Of a stretch of DNA of 64,000 nt, positions 25,652 through 40,786 are shown in pieces. The stretch lies in NCBI RefSeq assembly GCF_009914755.1, contig NC_060943.1; one strand, written 5' to 3'. The notes beneath the pieces were generated by a model, which saw nothing but the letters and a program-made list of their open reading frames with translations, did not search any database and had not been told where the DNA came from. Every line of letters begins with the position of its first letter. Position 1 is the stretch's first letter. The position numbers and the translations under genes are program-made. Source of the stretch: the human T2T-CHM13v2.0 reference genome, Homo sapiens.

Positions 25652-28600
25652 GACGTGAGAGAGAGACAGAAGTCGGCACACAGACACGCACTGCGCGCGC
25701 ACACACACAGACACACACACAGACGCACCCCCCCAACACACACACACACACCCATAACGAACACACACGTACAGCAGGGAACACCCACCCGCAGGCAGCC
25801 CCTGAAGCTGCCGGGTTCTGCTCTCCGAGACTAAGAGCCACCGGTGAGAGAGCAGCCCACGGGCACACAGGCGGACCTGTGCTCGTCATCACAAGGGCTC
25901 CACTTTTGGGGAGACTCACCCGCACACCGTCCGCGCACGCCTGAGGCTGGGATCCCGCGCTGCCTCGCCGGCGATCTGTCTGAGGTTTCTTCCTCTTGGG
26001 GTTTCTTCCTGCTGGTGGACCCTCCGCGAATCCCGGCCTCCGGAGACCGTCCTGGTAACTGCCCTGGCCAGGACTGGTCTCAGCCCAGACTCAGACGCAC
26101 GATCACACAGGGCTCCTACTTCGCCAAGTGTCAGGGACCCATCCCCGGGCAACGGTGGCTTTCACTGTGACCCAAGCGGCGGCTTGGGCCTCGCGCATGC
26201 GCACTGGCGAGGCCGACTCCCCCGCTCCACCCCCCCTTACTCCGCAGAGTCAGGCTGCGGACCCTTTAAAAAATGGCGGCGACGCGGCGGCTGCGGGGCC
26301 TGGGGCGGCGGTGCTGGAGGTTGCGGCGGCGGCGGTGGCGGCGCAGCCCGAGGCGGCGGGTGGGAAGAGGACTGCCAGAGGGGCCTGCGGGAGACCCAGG
26401 GTCGGACCCATAGGAGTCCTGTGGTGAGGACCTCCTTGATCGCTCTTCTGCTTCGGTTCCCGCGAAAGGAGGAGCTTCGGGATGCCGGCTGGGCTGCGCG
26501 GACTCCTCTTGGGGTCCGATGATGGATCCAACCGGGTGATCTGGAATGGGGTTCCAATGCAGTGAGGCCGAAAGGGTCTCGCCGGGGCACAGAAAGATCC
26601 CCAGGGCCGCAAGGCGTGCTGTCGGCTGCAAAGGCACCGACCCATGAGCCCACTGCCTCCCTCCCTCCTGGCAGGAGCAGGGGCCTGCCTTCATCTCCAA
26701 GGCCCGAGGGCTCCGGCATCCCGACGCGGCTTCCGGCGACACGGGCAAAGAGAGACAGAGGCGAGTCCGAGCTGGTGCCAGCGTGTCCACATGTGGCACT
26801 GTCGTCCCCCAAGAGCACATGCAGGCAGCGTGTGTCTTTGAGGCCGTAGGGGGCGACGACGAGACGGACAGTGATGTCCAGGCGTGCGCCCGGGGGGCCA
26901 CTGGAGACCTGCCCCACAAAGCGGAGGAAAAGCCAAGCGCACCTGAAAACCTGCGAGACAGGGCCTGTGCGCGAGTCCACGCCACGTTCAGGGAGGCCCG
27001 CCAGAGGAGCCGAGAGGTTTGGACAAAGTACACCCCACCCCTAGCCCGCCGCCGGCTAGGTACCCCTGACGCAACCTCCCCTGCACCCAGCCAAAACCCA
27101 GTCCCGTTGGCTCCCTGACATCCGTGGCAGCCAAAAGATTCGGTGCTAGAAGGCACTTTCCCCAGGAGCGGAGGAAGCGGTTGGCCCTCAAGAATCAGAG
27201 AGGAAGTGCAGGTGGGATGCAACACCGCCTTTCCTAGAAGGCCAATGTCAGGAGCGGTGGGCTTGCCTCCGCCTCTTCCTGGACCGAGCGTGCAGCCATC
27301 ACTTGGGCCATGGAGACCGAGAGAGCTTCCCTGTCCCACACAGGTATGGAAGCCCAGAGCTCCAAGATCACCACAGCTGCCCAATCATCCAGAAAGAGGT
27401 GTGGAGAGGGAAACAATCATGACGCGGACCGCCACGAGGTTTCTCCCTGATGGACGGGGAAGTCTTCTTTGTGGAAGACACTGAGCCACACTAAGAAGCC
27501 GCCAGGCTTCTCAGAGACGGGGCAGACACAGCAAGAGGGAGGTCAGAGCAGACGCCAGAGCACAGGCAGGATACGGGGGGACCATGCCACCACCACCGGC
27601 ATCCGGGGAGGACTGTCAAACGGGTGACTCGGCCAGGAAGGCCAGCCTTTGAGAGACAGACATGCTTGCCGCCCCATCCCCTTGCCGGCTTCCTTCTCCG
27701 TCCCTGCGTCGAGCTGTGGCTACATTTCTCGATGAGGGCAGAGGGCGACAGGCGTGACAACCACCTTCTTGAAGCTCTGCGGGCACCCTCCTGCGGGTGG
27801 ACAATGAGCGCCTGGGAGGCCGTTGTCCTTGGTTGGGGAGCGCTCGTCTGGATCCAGCCTAGCAAAGAGGCTGCTCCGGATGGGGAGGGGATGAAAACCC
27901 TGCGGGTCCGACGCCCATGCCCACGTTGCCCAGGCCTTCACAGACCCCCAAACTGGAACCGCCGGGACGACGACTGCCAACCGGCCACACGACCCAGGCA
28001 GAGACGCGGGGACACGCTGACCAGAAGAAAGGCCGACGTGCAAGAAACCCACCCTCCGGCGCACAGGGCCCATGTGTCCCAAGGCGCACGCACACACAGA
28101 CGGACAGAGACAGAAAGAGAGGGCGACCGAAAGAGCGAGAAGGGAGAGAGACAGAGAGAGAGAGAGACAGAGAGAGACGTGAGAGAGAGACAGAAGTCGG
28201 CACACAGACACGCACTGCGCGCGCACACACACAGACACACACACAGACGCATCCCCCCAACACACACACACACACACCCATAACGAACACACACGTACAG
28301 CAGGGAACACCCACCCGCAGGCAGCCCCTGAAGCTGCCGGGTTCTGCTCTCCGCGACTAAGAGCCACCGGTGAGAGAGCAGCCCACGGGCACACAGGCGG
28401 ACCTGTGCTCGTCATCACAAGGGCTCCACTTTTGGGGAGACTCACCCGCACACCGTCCGCGCACGCCTGAGGCTGGGATGCCGCGCTGCCTCGCCGGCGA
28501 TCTGTCTGAGTTTTCTTCCTCCTGGGGTTTCTTCCTGCTGGTGGACCCTCCGCGAATCCCGGCCTCCGGAGACCGTCCTGGTAAATGCCCTGGCCAGGAC

Positions 28601-31600
28601 TGGTCTCAGCCCAGACTCAGACGCACGATCACACAGGGCTCCTACTTCGCCAAGTGTCAGGGACCCATCCCCGGGCAACGGTGGCTTTCACTGTGACCCA
28701 AGCGGCGGCTTGGGCCTCGCGCATGCGCACTGGCGAGGCCGACTCCCCCGCTCCACCCCCCCTTACTCCGCAGAGTCAGGCTGCGGACCCTTTAAAAAAT
28801 GGCGGCGACGCGGCGGCTGCGGGGCCTGGGGCGGCGGTGCTGGAGGTTGCGGCGGCGGCGGTGGCGGCGCAGCCCGAGGCGGCGGGTGGGAAGAGGACTG
28901 CCAGAGGGGCCTGCGGGAGACCCAGGGTCGGACCCATAGGAGTCCTGTGGTGAGGACCTCCTTGATCGCTCTTCTGCTTCGGTTCCCGCTGAAGGAGGAG
29001 CTTCGGGATGCCGGCTGGGCTGCGCGGACTCCTCTTGGGGTCCGATGATGGATCCAACCGGGTAATCGGGAATGGGGTTCCAATGCAGTGAGGCCGAAAG
29101 GGTCTCGCCGGGGCACAGAAAGATCCCCAGGGCCGCAAGGCGTGCTGTCGGCTGCAAAGGCACCGACCCATGAGCCCACTGCCTCCCTCCCTCCTGGCAG
29201 GAGCAGGGGCCTGCCTTCATCTCCAAGGCCCGAGGGCTCCGGCATCCCGACGCGGCTTCCGGCGACACGGGCAAAGAGAGACAGAGGCGAGTCCGAGCTG
29301 GAGCCAGCGTGTCCACATGTGGCACTGTCGTCCCCCAAGAGCACATGCAGGCAGCCTGTGTCTTTGAGGCCGTAGGGGGCGACGACGAGACGGACAGTGA
29401 TGTCCAGGCGTGCGCCCGGGGTACCTGCCCCACAAAGCGGAGGAAAAGCCAAGCGCACCTGAAAACCTGCGAGACAGGCCTGTGCGCGAGTCCACGCCAC
29501 GTTCAGGGAGGCCCGCCAGAGGAGCGGAGAGGTTTGGACAAAGTACACCCCACCCCCAGCCCGCCGCCGGCTAGGTACCCCTGACGCAACCTCCCCTGCA
29601 CCCAGCCAAAACCCAGTCCCGTTGGCTCCCTGACATCCGTGGCAGCCAAAAGATTCGGTGCTAGAAGGCACTTTCCCCAGGAGCGGAGGAACCGGTTGGC
29701 CCTCAAGAATCAGAGAGGAAGTGCAGGTGGGATGCAACACCGCCTTTCCTAGAAGGCCAATGTCAGGAGCGGTGGGCTTGCCTCCGCCTCTTCCTGGACC
29801 GAGCGTGCAGCCATCACTTGGGCCATGGAGACCGAGAGAGCTTCCCTGTCCCACACAGGTATGGAAGCCCAGAGCTCCAGGATCACCACAGCTGCCCAAT
29901 CATCCAGAAAGAGGTGTGGAGAGGGAAACAATCATGACGCGGACCGCCACGAGGTTTCTCCCTGATGGACGGGGAAGTCTTGTTTGTGGAAGACACTGAG
30001 CCACGCTAAGAAGCCGCCAGGCTTCTCAGAGACGGGGCAGACACAGCAAGAGGGAGGTCAGAGCAGAGGCCAGAGCCCAGGCAGGATACGGGGGGGCCAT
30101 GCCACCACCACCGGCATCCGGGGAGGAGTGTCAAACGGGTGACTCGGCCAGGAAGGCCAGCCTTTGAGAGACAGACATGCTTGCCCCATCCCCTTGCCGG
30201 CTTCCTTCTCCGTCCCTGCGTCGAGCTGTGGCTACATTTCTCGATGAGGGCAGAGGGCGACAGGCGTGACAACCACCTTCTTGAAGCTCTGCGGGCACCC
30301 TCCTGCGGGTGGACAATGAGCGCCTGGGAGGCCGTTGTCCTTGGTTGGGGAGCGCTCGTCTGGATCCAGCCTAGCAAAGAGGCTGCTCCGGATGGGGAGG
30401 GGATGAAAACCCCTGCGGGTTCGACGCCGATGCCCACGTTGCCCAGGCCTTCACAGACCCCCAAACTGGAACCGCCGGGACGACGACTGCCAACCGGCCA
30501 CACGACCCAGGCAGAGACGCGGGGAGAGGCTGACCAGAAGAAAGGCCGACGTGCAAGAAACCCACCCTCCGGCGCACAGGGCACATGTGTCCCAAGGCGC
30601 ACGCACACACAGACGGACAGAGACAGACAGAGAGGGCGACGGAAACAGCGAGAAGGGAGAGAGAGAGAGAGAGAGAGACAGAGACAGAGAGAGACGTGAG
30701 AGAGAGACAGAAGTCGGCACACAGACACGCACTGCGCGCGCACACACACAGACACACACACAGACGCACCCCCCCAACACACACACACACACCCATAACG
30801 AACACACACGTACAGCAGGGAACACCCACCCGCAGGCAGCCCCTGAAGCTGCCGGGTTCTGCTCTCCGAGACTAAGAGCCACCGGTGAGAGAGCAGCCCA
30901 CGGGCACACAGGCGGACCTGTGCTCGTCATCACAAGGGCTCCACTTTTGGGGAGACTCACCCGCACACCGTCCGCGCACGCCTGAGGCTGGGATCCCGCG
31001 CTGCCTCGCCGGCGATCTGTCTGAGGTTTCTTCCTCTTGGGGTTTCTTCCTGCTGGTGGACCCTCCGCGAATCCCGGCCTCCGGAGACCGTCCTGGTAAC
31101 TGCCCTGGCCAGGACTGGTCTCAGCCCAGACTCAGACGCACGATCACACAGGGCTCCTACTTCGCCAAGTGTCAGGGACCCATCCCCGGGCAACGGTGGC
31201 TTTCACTGTGACCCAAGCGGCGGCTTGGGCCTCGCGCATGCGCACTGGCGAGGCCGACTCCCCCGCTCCACCCCCCCTTACTCCGCAGAGTCAGGCTGCG
31301 GACCCTTTAAAAAATGGCGGCGACGCGGCGGCTGCGGGGCCTGGGGCGGCGGTGCTGGAGGTTGCGGCGGCGGCGGTGGCGGCGCAGCCCGAGGCGGCGG
31401 GTGGGAAGAGGACTGCCAGAGGGGCCTGCGGGAGACCCAGGGTCGGACCCATAGGAGTCCTGTGGTGAGGACCTCCTTGATCGCTCTTCTGCTTCGGTTC
31501 CCGCGAAAGGAGGAGCTTCGGGATGCCGGCTGGGCTGCGCGGACTCCTCTTGGGGTCCGATGATGGATCCAACCGGGTGATCGGGAATGGGGTTCCAATG

Positions 31601-33184
31601 CAGTGAGGCCGAAAGGGTCTCGCCGGGGCACAGAAAGATCCCCAGGGCCGCAAGGCGTGCTGTCGGCTGCAAAGGCACCGACCCATGAGCCCACTGCCTC
31701 CCTCCCTCCTGGCAGGAGCAGGGGCCTGCCTTCATCTCCAAGGCCCGAGGGCTCCGGCATCCCGACGCGGCTTCCGGCGACACGGGCAAAGAGAGACAGA
31801 GGCGAGTCCGAGCTGGTGCCAGCGTGTCCACATGTGGCACTGTCGTCCCCCAAGAGCACATGCAGGCAGCGTGTGTCTTTGAGGCCGTAGGGGGCGACGA
31901 CGAGACGGACAGTGATGTCCAGGCGTGCGCCCGGGGGGCCACTGGAGACCTGCCCCACAAAGCGGAGGAAAAGCCAAGCGCACCTGAAAACCTGCGAGAC
32001 AGGGCCTGTGCGCGAGTCCACGCCACGTTCAGGGAGGCCCGCCAGAGGAGCCGAGAGGTTTGGACAAAGTACACCCCACCCCCAGCCCGCCGCCGGCTAG
32101 GTACCCCTGACGCAACCTCCCCTGCACCCAGCCAAAACCCAGTCCCGTTGGCTCCCTGACATCCGTGGCAGCCAAAAGATTCGGTGCTAGAAGGCACTTT
32201 CCCCAGGAGCGGAGGAAGCGGTTGGCCCTCAAGAATCAGAGAGGAAGTGCAGGTGGGATGCAACACCGCCTTTCCTAGAAGGCCAATGTCAGGAGCGGTG
32301 GGCTTGCCTCCGCCTCTTCCTGGACCGAGCGTGCAGCCATCACTTGGGCCATGGAGACCGAGAGAGCTTCCCTGTCCCACACAGGTATGGAAGCCCAGAG
32401 CTCCAAGATCACCACAGCTGCCCAATCATCCAGAAAGAGGTGTGGAGAGGGAAACAATCATGACGCGGACCGCCACGAGGTTTCTCCCTGATGGACGGGG
32501 AAGTCTTCTTTGTGGAAGACACTGAGCCACACTAAGAAGCCGCCAGGCTTCTCAGAGACGGGGCAGACACAGCAAGAGGGAGGTCAGAGCAGACGCCAGA
32601 GCACAGGCAGGATACGGGGGGACCATGCCACCACCACCGGCATCCGGGGAGGACTGTCAAACGGGTGACTCGGCGAGGAAGGCCAGCCTTTGAGAGACAG
32701 ACATGCTTGCCGCCCCATCCCCTTGCCGGCTTCCTTCTCCGTCCCTGCGTCGAGCTGTGGCTACATTTCTCGATGAGGGCAGAGGGCGACAGGCGTGACA
32801 ACCACCTTCTTGAAGCTCTGCGGGCACCCTCCTGCGGGTGGACAATGAGCGCCTGGGAGGCCGTTGTCCTTGGTTGGGGAGCGCTCGTCTGGATCCAGCC
32901 TAGCAAAGAGGCTGCTCCGGATGGGGAGGGGATGAAAACCCTGCGGGTCCGACGCCCATGCCCACGTTGCCCAGGCCTTCACAGACCCCCAAACTGGAAC
33001 CGCCGGGACGACGACTGCCAACCGGCCACACGACCCAGGCAGAGACGCGGGGACACGCTGACCAGAAGAAAGGCCGACGTGCAAGAAACCCACCCTCCGG
33101 CGCACAGGGCCCATGTGTCCCAAGGCGCACGCACACACAGACGGACAGAGACAGAAAGAGAGGGCGACCGAAAGAGCGAGAAGG

Positions 33185-33218
<34 letters not shown>

Positions 33219-35705
33219 CGTGAGAGAGAGACAGAAGTCGGCACACAGACACGCACTGCGCGCGCACACACACAGACACACACACAGACGCATCCCCCCA
33301 ACACACACACACACAAACCCATAACGAACACACACGTACAGCAGGGAACACCCACCCGCAGGCAGCCCCTGAAGCTGCCGGGTTCTGCTCTCCGCGACTA
33401 AGAGCCACCGGTGAGAGAGCAGCCCACGGGCACACAGGCGGACCTGTGCTCGTCATCACAAGGGCTCCACTTTTGGGGAGACTCACCCGCACACCGTCCG
33501 CGCACGCCTGAGGCTGGGATGCCGCGCTGCCTCGCCGGCGATCTGTCTGAGTTTTCTTCCTCCTGGGGTTTCTTCCTGCTGGTGGACCCTCCGCGAATCC
33601 CGGCCTCCGGAGACCGTCCTGGTAAATGCCCTGGCCAGGACTGGTCTCAGCCCAGACTCAGACGCACGATCACACAGGGCTCCTACTTCGCCAAGTGTCA
33701 GGGACCCATCCCCGGGCAACGGTGGCTTTCACTGTGACCCAAGCGGCGGCTTGGGCCTCGCGCATGCGCACTGGCGAGGCCGACTCCCCCGCTCCACCCC
33801 CCCTTACTCCGCAGAGTCAGGCTGCGGACCCTTTAAAAAATGGCGGCGACGCGGCGGCTGCGGGGCCTGGGGCGGCGGTGCTGGAGGTTGCCGTGGCGGC
33901 GGTGGCGGCGCAGCCCGAGGCGGCGGGTGGGAAGAGGACTGCCAGAGGGGCCTGCGGGAGACCCAGGGTCGGACCCATAGGAGTCCTGTGGTGAGGACCT
34001 CCTTGAGCGCTCTTCTGCTTCGGTTCCCGCTGAAGGAGGAGCTTCGGGATGCCGGCTGGGCTGCGCGGACTCCTCTTGGGGTCCGATGATGGATCCAACC
34101 GGGTGATCGGGAATGGGGTTCCAATGCAGTGAGGCCGAAAGGGTCTCGCCGGGGCACAGAAAGATCCCCAGGGCCGCAAGGCGTGCTGTCGGCTGCAAAG
34201 GCACCGACCCATGAGCCCACTGCCTCCCTCCCTCCTGGCAGGAGCAGGGGCCTGCCTTCATCTCCAAGGCCCGAGGGCTCCGGCATCCCGACGCGGCTTC
34301 CGGCGACACGGGCAAAGAGAGACAGAGGCGAGTCCGAGCTGGAGCCAGCGTGTCCACATGTGGCACTGTCGTCCCCCAAGAGCACATGCAGGCAGCGTGT
34401 GTCTTTGAGGCCGTAGGGGGCGACGACGAGACGGACAGTGATGTCCAGGCGTGCGCCCGGGGGGCCACTGGAGACCTGCCCCACAAAGCGGAGGAAAAGC
34501 CAAGCGCACCTGAAAACCTGCGAGACAGGGCCTGTGCGCGAGTCCACGCCACGTTCAGGGAGGCCCGCCAGAGGAGCCGAGAGGTTTGGACAAAGTACAC
34601 CCCACCCCCAGCCCGCCGCCGGCTAGGTACCCCTGACGCAACCTCCCCTGCACCCAGCCAAAACCCAGTCCCGTTGGCTCCCTGACATCCGTGGCAGCCA
34701 AAAGATTCGGTGCTAGAAGGCACTTTCCCCAGGAGCGGAGGAACCGGTTGGCCCTCAAGAATCAGAGAGGAAGTGCAGGTGGGATGCAACACCGCCTTTC
34801 CTAGAAGGCCAATGTCAGGAGCGGTGGGCTTGCCTCCGCCTCTTCCTGGACCGAGCGTGCAGCCATCACTTGGGCCATGGAGACCGAGAGAGCTTCCCTG
34901 TCCCACACAGGTATGGAAGCCCAGAGCTCCAGGATCACCACAGCTGCCCAATCATCCAGAAAGAGGTGTGGAGAGGGAAACAATCATGACGCGGACCGCC
35001 ACGAGGTTTCTCCCTGATGGACGGGGAAGTCTTGTTTGTGGAAGACACTGAGCCACGCTAAGAAGCCGCCAGGCTTCTCAGAGACGGGGCAGACACAGCA
35101 AGAGGGAGGTCAGAGCAGAGGCCAGAGCCCAGGCAGGATACGGGGGGGCCATGCCACCACCACCGGCATCCGGGGAGGAGTGTCAAACGGGTGACTCGGC
35201 CAGGAAGGCCAGCCTTTGAGAGACAGACATGCTTGCCCCATCCCCTTGCCGGCTTCCTTCTCCGTCCCTGCGTCGAGCTGTGGCTACATTTCTCGATGAG
35301 GGCAGAGGGCGACAGGCGTGACAACCACCTTCTTGAAGCTCTGCGGGCACCCTCCTGCGGGTGGACAATGAGCGCCTGGGAGGCCGTTGTCCTTGGTTGG
35401 GGAGCGCTCGTCTGGATCCAGCCTAGCAAAGAGGCTGCTCCGGATGGGGAGGGGATGAAAACCCCTGCGGGTTCGACGCCGATGCCCACGTTGCCCAGGC
35501 CTTCACAGACCCCCAAACTGGAACTGCCGGGACGACGACTGCCAACCGGCCACACGACCCAGGCAGAGACGCGGGGAGAGGCTGACCAGAAGAAAGGCCG
35601 ACGTGCAAGAAACCCACCCTCCGGCGCACAGGGCACATGTGTCCCAAGGCGCACGCACACACAGACGGACAGAGACAGACAGAGAGGGCGACGGAAACAG
35701 CGAGA

Positions 35706-35744
<39 letters not shown>

Positions 35745-38700
35745 GACGTGAGAGAGAGACAGAAGTCGGCACACAGACACGCACTGCGCGCGCACACACA
35801 CAGACACACACACAGACGCACCCCCCCAACACACACACACACACCCATAACGAACACACACGTACAGCAGGGAACACCCACCCGCAGGCAGCCCCTGAAG
35901 CTGCCGGGTTCTGCTCTCCGAGACTAAGAGCCACCGGTGAGAGAGCAGCCCACGGGCACACAGGCGGACCTGTGCTCGTCATCACAAGGGCTCCACTTTT
36001 GGGGAGACTCACCCGCACACCGTCCGCGCACGCCTGAGGCTGGGATCCCGCGCTGCCTCGCCGGCGATCTGTCTGAGGTTTCTTCCTCTTGGGGTTTCTT
36101 CCTGCTGGTGGACCCTCCGCGAATCCCGGCCTCCGGAGACCGTCCTGGTAACTGCCCTGGCCAGGACTGGTCTCAGCCCAGACTCAGACGCACGATCACA
36201 CAGGGCTCCTACTTCGCCAAGTGTCAGGGACCCATCCCCGGGCAACGGTGGCTTTCACTGTGACCCAAGCGGCGGCTTGGGCCTCGCGCATGCGCACTGG
36301 CGAGGCCGACTCCCCCGCTCCACCCCCCCTTACTCCGCAGAGTCAGGCTGCGGACCCTTTAAAAAATGGCGGCGACGCGGCGGCTGCGGGGCCTGGGGCG
36401 GCGGTGCTGGAGGTTGCGGCGGCGGCGGTGGCGGCGCAGCCCGAGGCGGCGGGTGGGAAGAGGACTGCCAGAGGGGCCTGCGGGAGACCCAGGGTCGGAC
36501 CCATAGGAGTCCTGTGGTGAGGACCTCCTTGATCGCTCTTCTGCTTCGGTTCCCGCGAAAGGAGGAGCTTCGGGATGCCGGCTGGGCTGCGCGGACTCCT
36601 CTTGGGGTCCGATGATGGATCCAACCGGGTGATCGGGAATGGGGTTCCAATGCAGTGAGGCCGAAAGGGTCTCGCCGGGGCACAGAAAGATCCCCAGGGC
36701 GCAAGGCGTGCTGTCGGCTGCAAAGGCACCGACCCATGAGCCCACTGCCTCCCTCCCTCCTGGCAGGAGCAGGGGCCTGCCTTCATCTCCAAGGCCCGAG
36801 GGCTCCGGCATCCCGACGCGGCTTCCGGCGACACGGGCAAAGAGAGACAGAGGCGAGTCCGAGCTGGTGCCAGCGTGTCCACATGTGGCACTGTCGTCCC
36901 CCAAGAGCACATGCAGGCAGCGTGTGTCTTTGAGGCCGTAGGGGGCGACGACGAGACGGACAGTGATGTCCAGGCGTGCGCCCGGGGGGCCACTGGAGAC
37001 CTGCCCCACAAAGCGGAGGAAAAGCCAAGCGCACCTGAAAACCTGCGAGACAGGGCCTGTGCGCGAGTCCACGCCACGTTCAGGGAGGCCCGCCAGAGGA
37101 GCCGAGAGGTTTGGACAAAGTACACCCCACCCCCAGCCCGCCGCCGGCTAGGTACCCCTGACGCAACCTCCCCTGCACCCAGCCAAAACCCAGTCCCGTT
37201 GGCTCCCTGACATCCGTGGCAGCCAAAAGATTCGGTGCTAGAAGGCACTTTCCCCAGGAGCGGAGGAACCGGTTGGCCCTCAAGAATCAGAGAGGAAGTG
37301 CAGGTGGGATGCAACACCGCCTTTCCTAGAAGGCCAATGTCAGGAGCGGTGGGCTTGCCTCCGCCTCTTCCTGGACCGAGCGTGCAGCCATCACTTGGGC
37401 CATGGAGACCGAGAGAGCTTCCCTGTCCCACACAGGTATGGAAGCCCAGAGCTCCAAGATCACCACAGCTGCCCAATCCTCCAGAAAGAGGTGTGGAGAG
37501 GGAAACAATCATGACGCGGACCGCCACGAGGTTTCTCCCTGATGGACGGGGAAGTCTTCTTTGTGGAAGACACTGAGCCACACTAAGAAGCCGCCAGGCT
37601 TCTCAGAGACGGGGCAGACACAGCAAGAGGGAGGTCAGAGCAGACGCCAGAGCACAGGCAGGATACGGGGGGACCATGCCACCACCACCGGCATCCGGGG
37701 AGGACTGTCAAACGGGTGACTCGGCCAGGAAGGCCAGCCTTTGAGAGACAGACATGCTTGCCGCCCCATCCCCTTGCCGGCTTCCTTCTCCGTCCCTGCG
37801 TCTAGCTGTGGCTACATTTCTCGATGAGGGCAGAGGGCGACAGGCGTGACAACCACCTTCTTGAAGCTCTGCGGGCACCCTCCTGCGGGTGGACAATGAG
37901 CGCCTGGGAGGCCGTTGTCCTTGGTTGGGGAGCGCTCGTCTGGATCCAGCCTAGCAAAGAGGCTGCTCCGGATGGGGAGGGGATGAAAACCCTGCGGGTC
38001 CGACGCCCATGCCCACGTTGCCCAGGCCTTCACAGACCCCCAAACTGGAACCGCCGGGACGACGACTGCCAACCGGCCACACGACCCAGGCAGAGACGCG
38101 GGGACACGCTGACCAGAAGAAAGGCCGACGTGCAAGAAACCCACCCTCCGGCGCACAGGGCCCATGTGTCCCAAGGCGCACGCACACACAGACGGACAGA
38201 GACAGAAAGAGAGGGCGACCGAAAGAGCGAGAAGGGAGAGAGACAGAGAGAGAGAGAGACAGAGAGAGACGTGAGAGAGAGACAGAAGTCGGCACACAGA
38301 CACGCACTGCGCGCGCACACACACAGACACACACACAGACGCATCCCCCCAACACACACACACACACACCCATAACGAACACACACGTACAGCAGGGAAC
38401 ACCCACCCGCAGGCAGCCCCTGAAGCTGCCGGGTTCTGCTCTCCGCGACTAAGAGCCACCGGTGAGAGAGCAGCCCACGGGCACACAGGCGGACCTGTGC
38501 TCGTCATCACAAGGGCTCCACTTTTGGGGAGACTCACCCGCACACCGTCCGCGCACGCCTGAGGCTGGGATGCCGCGCTGCCTCGCCGGCGATCTGTCTG
38601 AGTTTTCTTCCTCCTGGGGTTTCTTCCTGCTGGTGGACCCTCCGCGAATCCCGGCCTCCGGAGACCGTCCTGGTAAATGCCCTGGCCAGGACTGGTCTCA

Positions 38701-40752
38701 GCCCAGACTCAGACGCACGATCACACAGGGCTCCTACTTCGCCAAGTGTCAGGGACCCATCCCCGGGCAACGGTGGCTTTCACTGTGACCCAAGCGGCGG
38801 CTTGGGCCTCGCGCATGCGCACTGGCGAGGCCGACTCCCCCGCTCCACCCCCCCTTACTCCGCAGAGTCAGGCTGCGGACCCTTTAAAAAATGGCGGCGA
38901 CGCGGCGGCTGCGGGGCCTGGGGCAGCGGTGCTGGAGGTGGCGGCGGTGGCGTCGCAGCCCGAGGCGGCGGGTGGGAAGAGGACTGCCAGAGGGGCCTGC
39001 GGGAGACCCAGGGTCGGACCCATAGGAGTCCTGTGGTGAGGACCTCCTTGATCGCTCTTCTGCTTCGGTTCCCGCTGAAGGAGGAGCTTCGGGATGCCGG
39101 CTGGGCTGCGCGGACTCCTCTTGGGGTCCGATGATGGATCCAACCGGGTGATCGGGAATGGGGTTCCAATGCAGTGAGGCCGAAAGGGTCTCGCCGGGGC
39201 ACAGAAAGATCCCCAGGGCCGCAAGGCGTGCTGTCGGCTGCAAAGGCACCGACCCATGAGCCCACTGCCTCCCTCCCTCCTGGCAGGAGCAGGGGCCTGC
39301 CTTCATCTCCAAGGCCCGAGGGCTCCGGCATCCCGACGCGGCTTCCGGCGACACGGACAAAGAGAGACAGAGGCGAGTCCGAGCTGGAGCCAGCGTGTCC
39401 ACATGTGGCACTGTCGTCCCCCAAGAGCACATGCAGGCAGCGTGTGTCTTTGAGGCCGTAGGGGGCGACGACGAGACGGACAGTGATGTCCAGGCGTGCG
39501 CCCGGGGGGCCACTGGAGACCTGCCCCACAAAGCGGAGGAAAAGCCAAGCGCACCTGAAAACCTGCGAGACAGGGCCTGTGCGCGAGTCCACGCCACGTT
39601 CAGGGAGGCCCGCCAGAGGAGCCGAGAGGTTTGGACAAAGTACACCCCACCCCCAGCCCGCCGCCGGCTAGGTACCCCTGACGCAACCTCCCCTGCACCC
39701 AGCCAAAACCCAGTCCCGTTGGCTCCCTGACATCCGTGGCAGCCAAAAGATTCGGTGCTAGAAGGCACTTTCCCCAGGAGCGGAGGAACCGGTTGGCCCT
39801 CAAGAATCAGAGAGGAAGTGCAGGTGGGATGCAACACCGCCTTTCCTAGAAGGCCAATGTCAGGAGCGGTGGGCTTGCCTCCGCCTCTTCCTGGACCGAG
39901 CGTGCAGCCATCACTTGGGCCATGGAGACCGAGAGAGCTTCCCTGTCCCACACAGGTATGGAAGCCCAGAGCTCCAGGATCACCACAGCTGCCCAATCAT
40001 CCAGAAAGAGGTGTGGAGAGGGAAACAATCATGACGCGGACCGCCACGAGGTTTCTCCCTGATGGACGGGGAAGTCTTGTTTGTGGAAGACACTGAGCCA
40101 CGCTAAGAAGCCGCCAGGCTTCTCAGAGACGGGGCAGACACAGCAAGAGGGAGGTCAGAGCAGAGGCCAGAGCCCAGGCAGGATACGGGGGGGCCATGCC
40201 ACCACCACCGGCATCCGGGGAGGAGTGTCAAACGGGTGACTCGGCCAGGAAGGCCAGCCTTTGAGAGACAGACATGCTTGCCCCATCCCCTTGCCGGCTT
40301 CCTTCTCCGTCCCTGCGTCGAGCTGTGGCTACATTTCTCGATGAGGGCAGAGGGCGACAGGCGTGACAACCACCTTCTTGAACCTCTGCGGGCACCCTCC
40401 TGCGGGTGGACAATGAGCGCCTGGGAGGCCGTTGTCCTTGGTTGGGGAGCGCTCGTCTGGATCCAGCCTAGCAAAGAGGCTGCTCCGGATGGGGAGGGGA
40501 TGAAAACCCTGCGGGTCCGACGCCCATGCCCACGTTGCCCAGGCCTTCACAGACCCCCAAACTGGAACCGCCGGGACGACGACTGCCAACCGGCCACACG
40601 ACCCAGGCAGAGACGCGGGGACACGCTGACCAGAAGAAAGGCCGACGTGCAAGAAACCCACCCTCCGGCGCACAGGGCACATGTGTCCCAAGGCGCACGC
40701 ACACACAGACGGACAGAGACAGAAAGAGAGGGCGACCGAAAGAGCGAGAAGG

Positions 40753-40786
<34 letters not shown>

